Shown here: piece after piece, positions 3,647-5,443 of the stretch
Position numbering within the stretch: the first letter of the stretch is position 1
Layout: every line of letters begins with the position of its first letter
Origin: a virus
Length of the DNA: 5,443 nt
Virus record (IMG/VR): IMGVR_UViG_3300017527_000087
Span: 1-5,443 of that record
Direction: 5' to 3' (one strand)
The notes under the pieces: model-generated
What the model was told of the DNA's origin: nothing
Seen by the model: the letters and a program-made list of their open reading frames with translations, nothing else
Database searches by the model: none
Made by a program: the position numbers and the translations under genes

Positions 3647-5443
3647 CTATAAATTAGGTATTATTTTTGCACTCATTTTTCTCCTTGCCGTTATATTTTT
3701 ACTTATCTGTACCCAAAAGTTTTGGCTACTCAACTCTGTTTCTGCGAATATATAATTAAACTTACTTGGATCTACATATGTTGTTAAGTCTGCTATACCT
3801 TGATTATCTTCTTTGTGATTATATCTTCTATTCAATGTCATAAACATTTCCTTGTCTTTCTCTGCAAAGTTTCCATAAGTCTTATTTAATGCACTCATGT
3901 AATTTATCCACGCTGGTTGCTTTCCCGCACTTTTTTTGCTTGATACGTAATTTGCTGTCATATCTGTATCGAACCATGCCATGTTATGTTCTGTGATCAA
4001 GTCTTGGTACCCTATTCCATCTAATGCCGGTTTGTGTAAATCGTCTAGTGTTTCTAAGTCCAGGTGCCATGAATTTGTTTGACTATAGTCTAATCTTGGT
4101 GTTAAACTTACTATCCCAATTATATAACTTGGTTCATCTACTTTCACTTCTACATATCCTCCTTTGTGTTTGTTTGTTAATCTTCCTCTTCCTGCTAGTG
4201 TTCCCATCGGTTGTTCTTCTCCTTGTACATTTGCATTTGTTGTACTTACCACTTCTTCAAACGCTACCTCCTTTATTAAACTCCCTTGATACACGGGATT
4301 TTCTTGTGCTTTTGCTCTTTCATGTGTATATACTGCATCTAGCCAATCATCATACGTTCCTCCACTTACTGCAATCCTATTAAGCATGTTATATACTTTG
4401 TTTGCTAGGTTTAAGCTATCTATTGTAAAGCTATCTCCCGTTGTGTCTACTGCTGTTATCTCATTAATTCCATTTGCTCCATCTATCCACTCTGTACTAA
4501 CCCAATTATTTGCTAAATCACTCTGGTATGTTTTTATCCCTAGTCCTTCTTGATTCTTTGTTATATAGTGTCCGTTTGCTCCTTCACTTAGACTTAAGCC
4601 GTATGGTGCTGTTTTTGTTCTGTCTATTTTAAACGATGCGTTGTTTTTTACATCTGCTAGAATATCCATTCTCATATCATCTATATTCTCTAATGGGAAG
4701 CTGAATAACGTTGGCTCTCCGTCTGATGGGTCTACTGTGTTTGCTATACTTGTTACTTGTACATTTATATCAATTGTTCCTGTATAGTTTGTTACGGGGT
4801 TTCTTGCTTCTAGAGACCATGTACCCGTACTTACTTCTGTGAGTTCTATTGTTCTCCATACTGTTGCTACTGAACCGAATTCGCTGTTTATGAAACATAC
4901 CATTTGACTTACATCAGGTTTTCCGAATGGGAATTGTTCGTTGTTTGCTGCCCATTCTAAGGTTGCGCTCAACCTGTAATCATTTCCTCCTATATTTACT
5001 GTTATCGTGTTTCCTAGTAGTGGGTATTCTTGTTGTCCTACTACGTTAAGTACTACATTTGTTGCATTAAATAGGTTATTGTTGTTGTCGTTGTGTATAA
5101 CTACTCCGATCTCTTCTTGTTTATTACTGTAGTATTGTTTGTATATATCCCAATACGCTAGATATGGTACTGCATTAAAGTATCTTCTTCTTGGGCTTGG
5201 GCTTTTTCCTAGTCCGCTTATCCCTAGATATTTGTGTATACTACTTGGATTTACTTGTTGGTTATCCCCTTTTGTACTGTCGTATGCTCCTGACCTTACT
5301 TCCATCTGTGGTAATTTCACCTCGCTCATATTCATACCTATATTTAGCATATTCATATGTAATTTTCCATTATATAGTCTTATTGGACATTGGAATACGT
5401 CTAGTTGTAATTTATAACTTCCGAATAGTGGTCCTACTGTTGG
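3647..5443 (-). CDS. VP1: Major capsid protein (Microviridae VP1 / F-protein family), body and C-terminus. The frame is open to the window edge and continues in 1..287 through the circular junction. Non-redundant extent is 3647..5360.
   Basis: The track ORF 3647..5356 is only the ATG-limited part. Upstream of that ATG the same frame stays open to 5443 and reads ...PTVGPLFGSYKLQLDVFQCPIRLYNGKLH-MNMLNIG.... Its large size and its position ahead of the scaffold-like and pilot genes fit the family. Stop is TAG 3647..3649. The joined gene is 287+1714 = 2001 nt, giving 666 aa. Confidence 0.93.
   Translation of the reverse strand, partial: PTVGPLFGSYKLQLDVFQCPIRLYNGKLHMNMLNIGMNMSEVKLPQMEVRSGAYDSTKGDNQQVNPSSIHKYLGISGLGKSPSPRRRYFNAVPYLAYWDIYKQYYSNKQEEIGVVIHNDNNNNLFNATNVVLNVVGQQEYPLLGNTITVNIGGNDYRLSATLEWAANNEQFPFGKPDVSQMVCFINSEFGSVATVWRTIELTEVSTGTWSLEARNPVTNYTGTIDINVQVTSIANTVDPSDGEPTLFSFPLENIDDMRMDILADVKNNASFKIDRTKTAPYGLSLSEGANGHYITKNQEGLGIKTYQSDLANNWVSTEWIDGANGINEITAVDTTGDSFTIDSLNLANKVYNMLNRIAVSGGTYDDWLDAVYTHERAKAQENPVYQGSLIKEVAFEEVVSTTNANVQGEEQPMGTLAGRGRLTNKHKGGYVEVKVDEPSYIIGIVSLTPRLDYSQTNSWHLDLETLDDLHKPALDGIGYQDLITEHNMAWFDTDMTANYVSSKKSAGKQPAWINYMSALNKTYGNFAEKDKEMFMTLNRRYNHKEDNQGIADLTTYVDPSKFNYIFAETELSSQNFWVQISKNITARRKMSAKIIPNL
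5361..5443. repeat. Terminal direct repeat, copy 2 (redundant with 1..83).
   Basis: Identical to 1..83 by direct comparison. Confidence 0.95.

Noticed and set aside
1438-5417. All plus-strand ORFs in the track: 1438..1716, 1689..2240, 2298..2483, 2314..2529, 2547..2750, 2650..3171, 2883..3068, 3161..3553, 4024..4383 and 5139..5417.
   Set aside because: Each lies antisense to a well-supported minus-strand gene and encodes Leu/Phe/Ser/Cys-rich, low-complexity polypeptides. This is what the reverse complement of A-rich codons produces (stop codons are rare on a T-rich strand). There are no recognisable motifs.
1-5443. A search for tRNA, rRNA, CRISPR repeats, integrase or transposase genes, and defence or anti-defence cassettes.
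   Set aside because: There are no cloverleaf-capable GC-rich segments, no regularly spaced direct repeats, and no ORFs of suitable size or motif. The genome is fully accounted for by the microvirus core genes and the small ORF block.

Overview
The window is a complete circular Microviridae (small ssDNA phage) genome. The unit length is 5360 nt. It is linearised inside the major capsid gene and carries an 83-nt assembly overlap (1..83 is identical to 5361..5443). All credible genes lie on the minus strand. The plus strand shown is T/pyrimidine-rich, and its ORFs are Leu/Phe/Ser-rich antisense artefacts. Gene order on the coding strand: replication initiator Rep/VP4 (2028->1074); a GC-rich double-hairpin spacer; four small overlapping orphan ORFs (1020->289); major capsid VP1 (287->1, then 5360->3647, 666 aa across the junction); a 131-aa acidic protein (3642->3247); a terminator-like hairpin; and pilot/minor capsid VP2 (3124->2030). 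The layout and protein motifs look like the non-Bullavirinae, gut Bacteroidales-associated (Alpavirinae-like) lineage, but this is inference from memory of the families, not a search. The main finding concerns Rep. It is not one ORF but three consecutive pieces in frames 0, -1 and -2. Both frame changes fall exactly on poly-A runs of the coding strand (A7 and A10), and the first run abuts a G5/C5 hairpin. The third piece has no ATG, so it is absent from the ORF track. This is either homopolymer under-calling or programmed -1 recoding (ribosomal frameshift or transcriptional slippage) in a microvirus Rep. The sequence alone cannot decide between them. Secondary leads: a small ORF with a lipoprotein-type signal peptide and lipobox whose C-terminal half overlaps another ORF out of frame (a possible lysis or exclusion factor); an 11-nt match to the phiX174 origin core as I recall it; and G/C-core hairpins at gene boundaries. 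I found no tRNA, rRNA, CRISPR array or transposable element.
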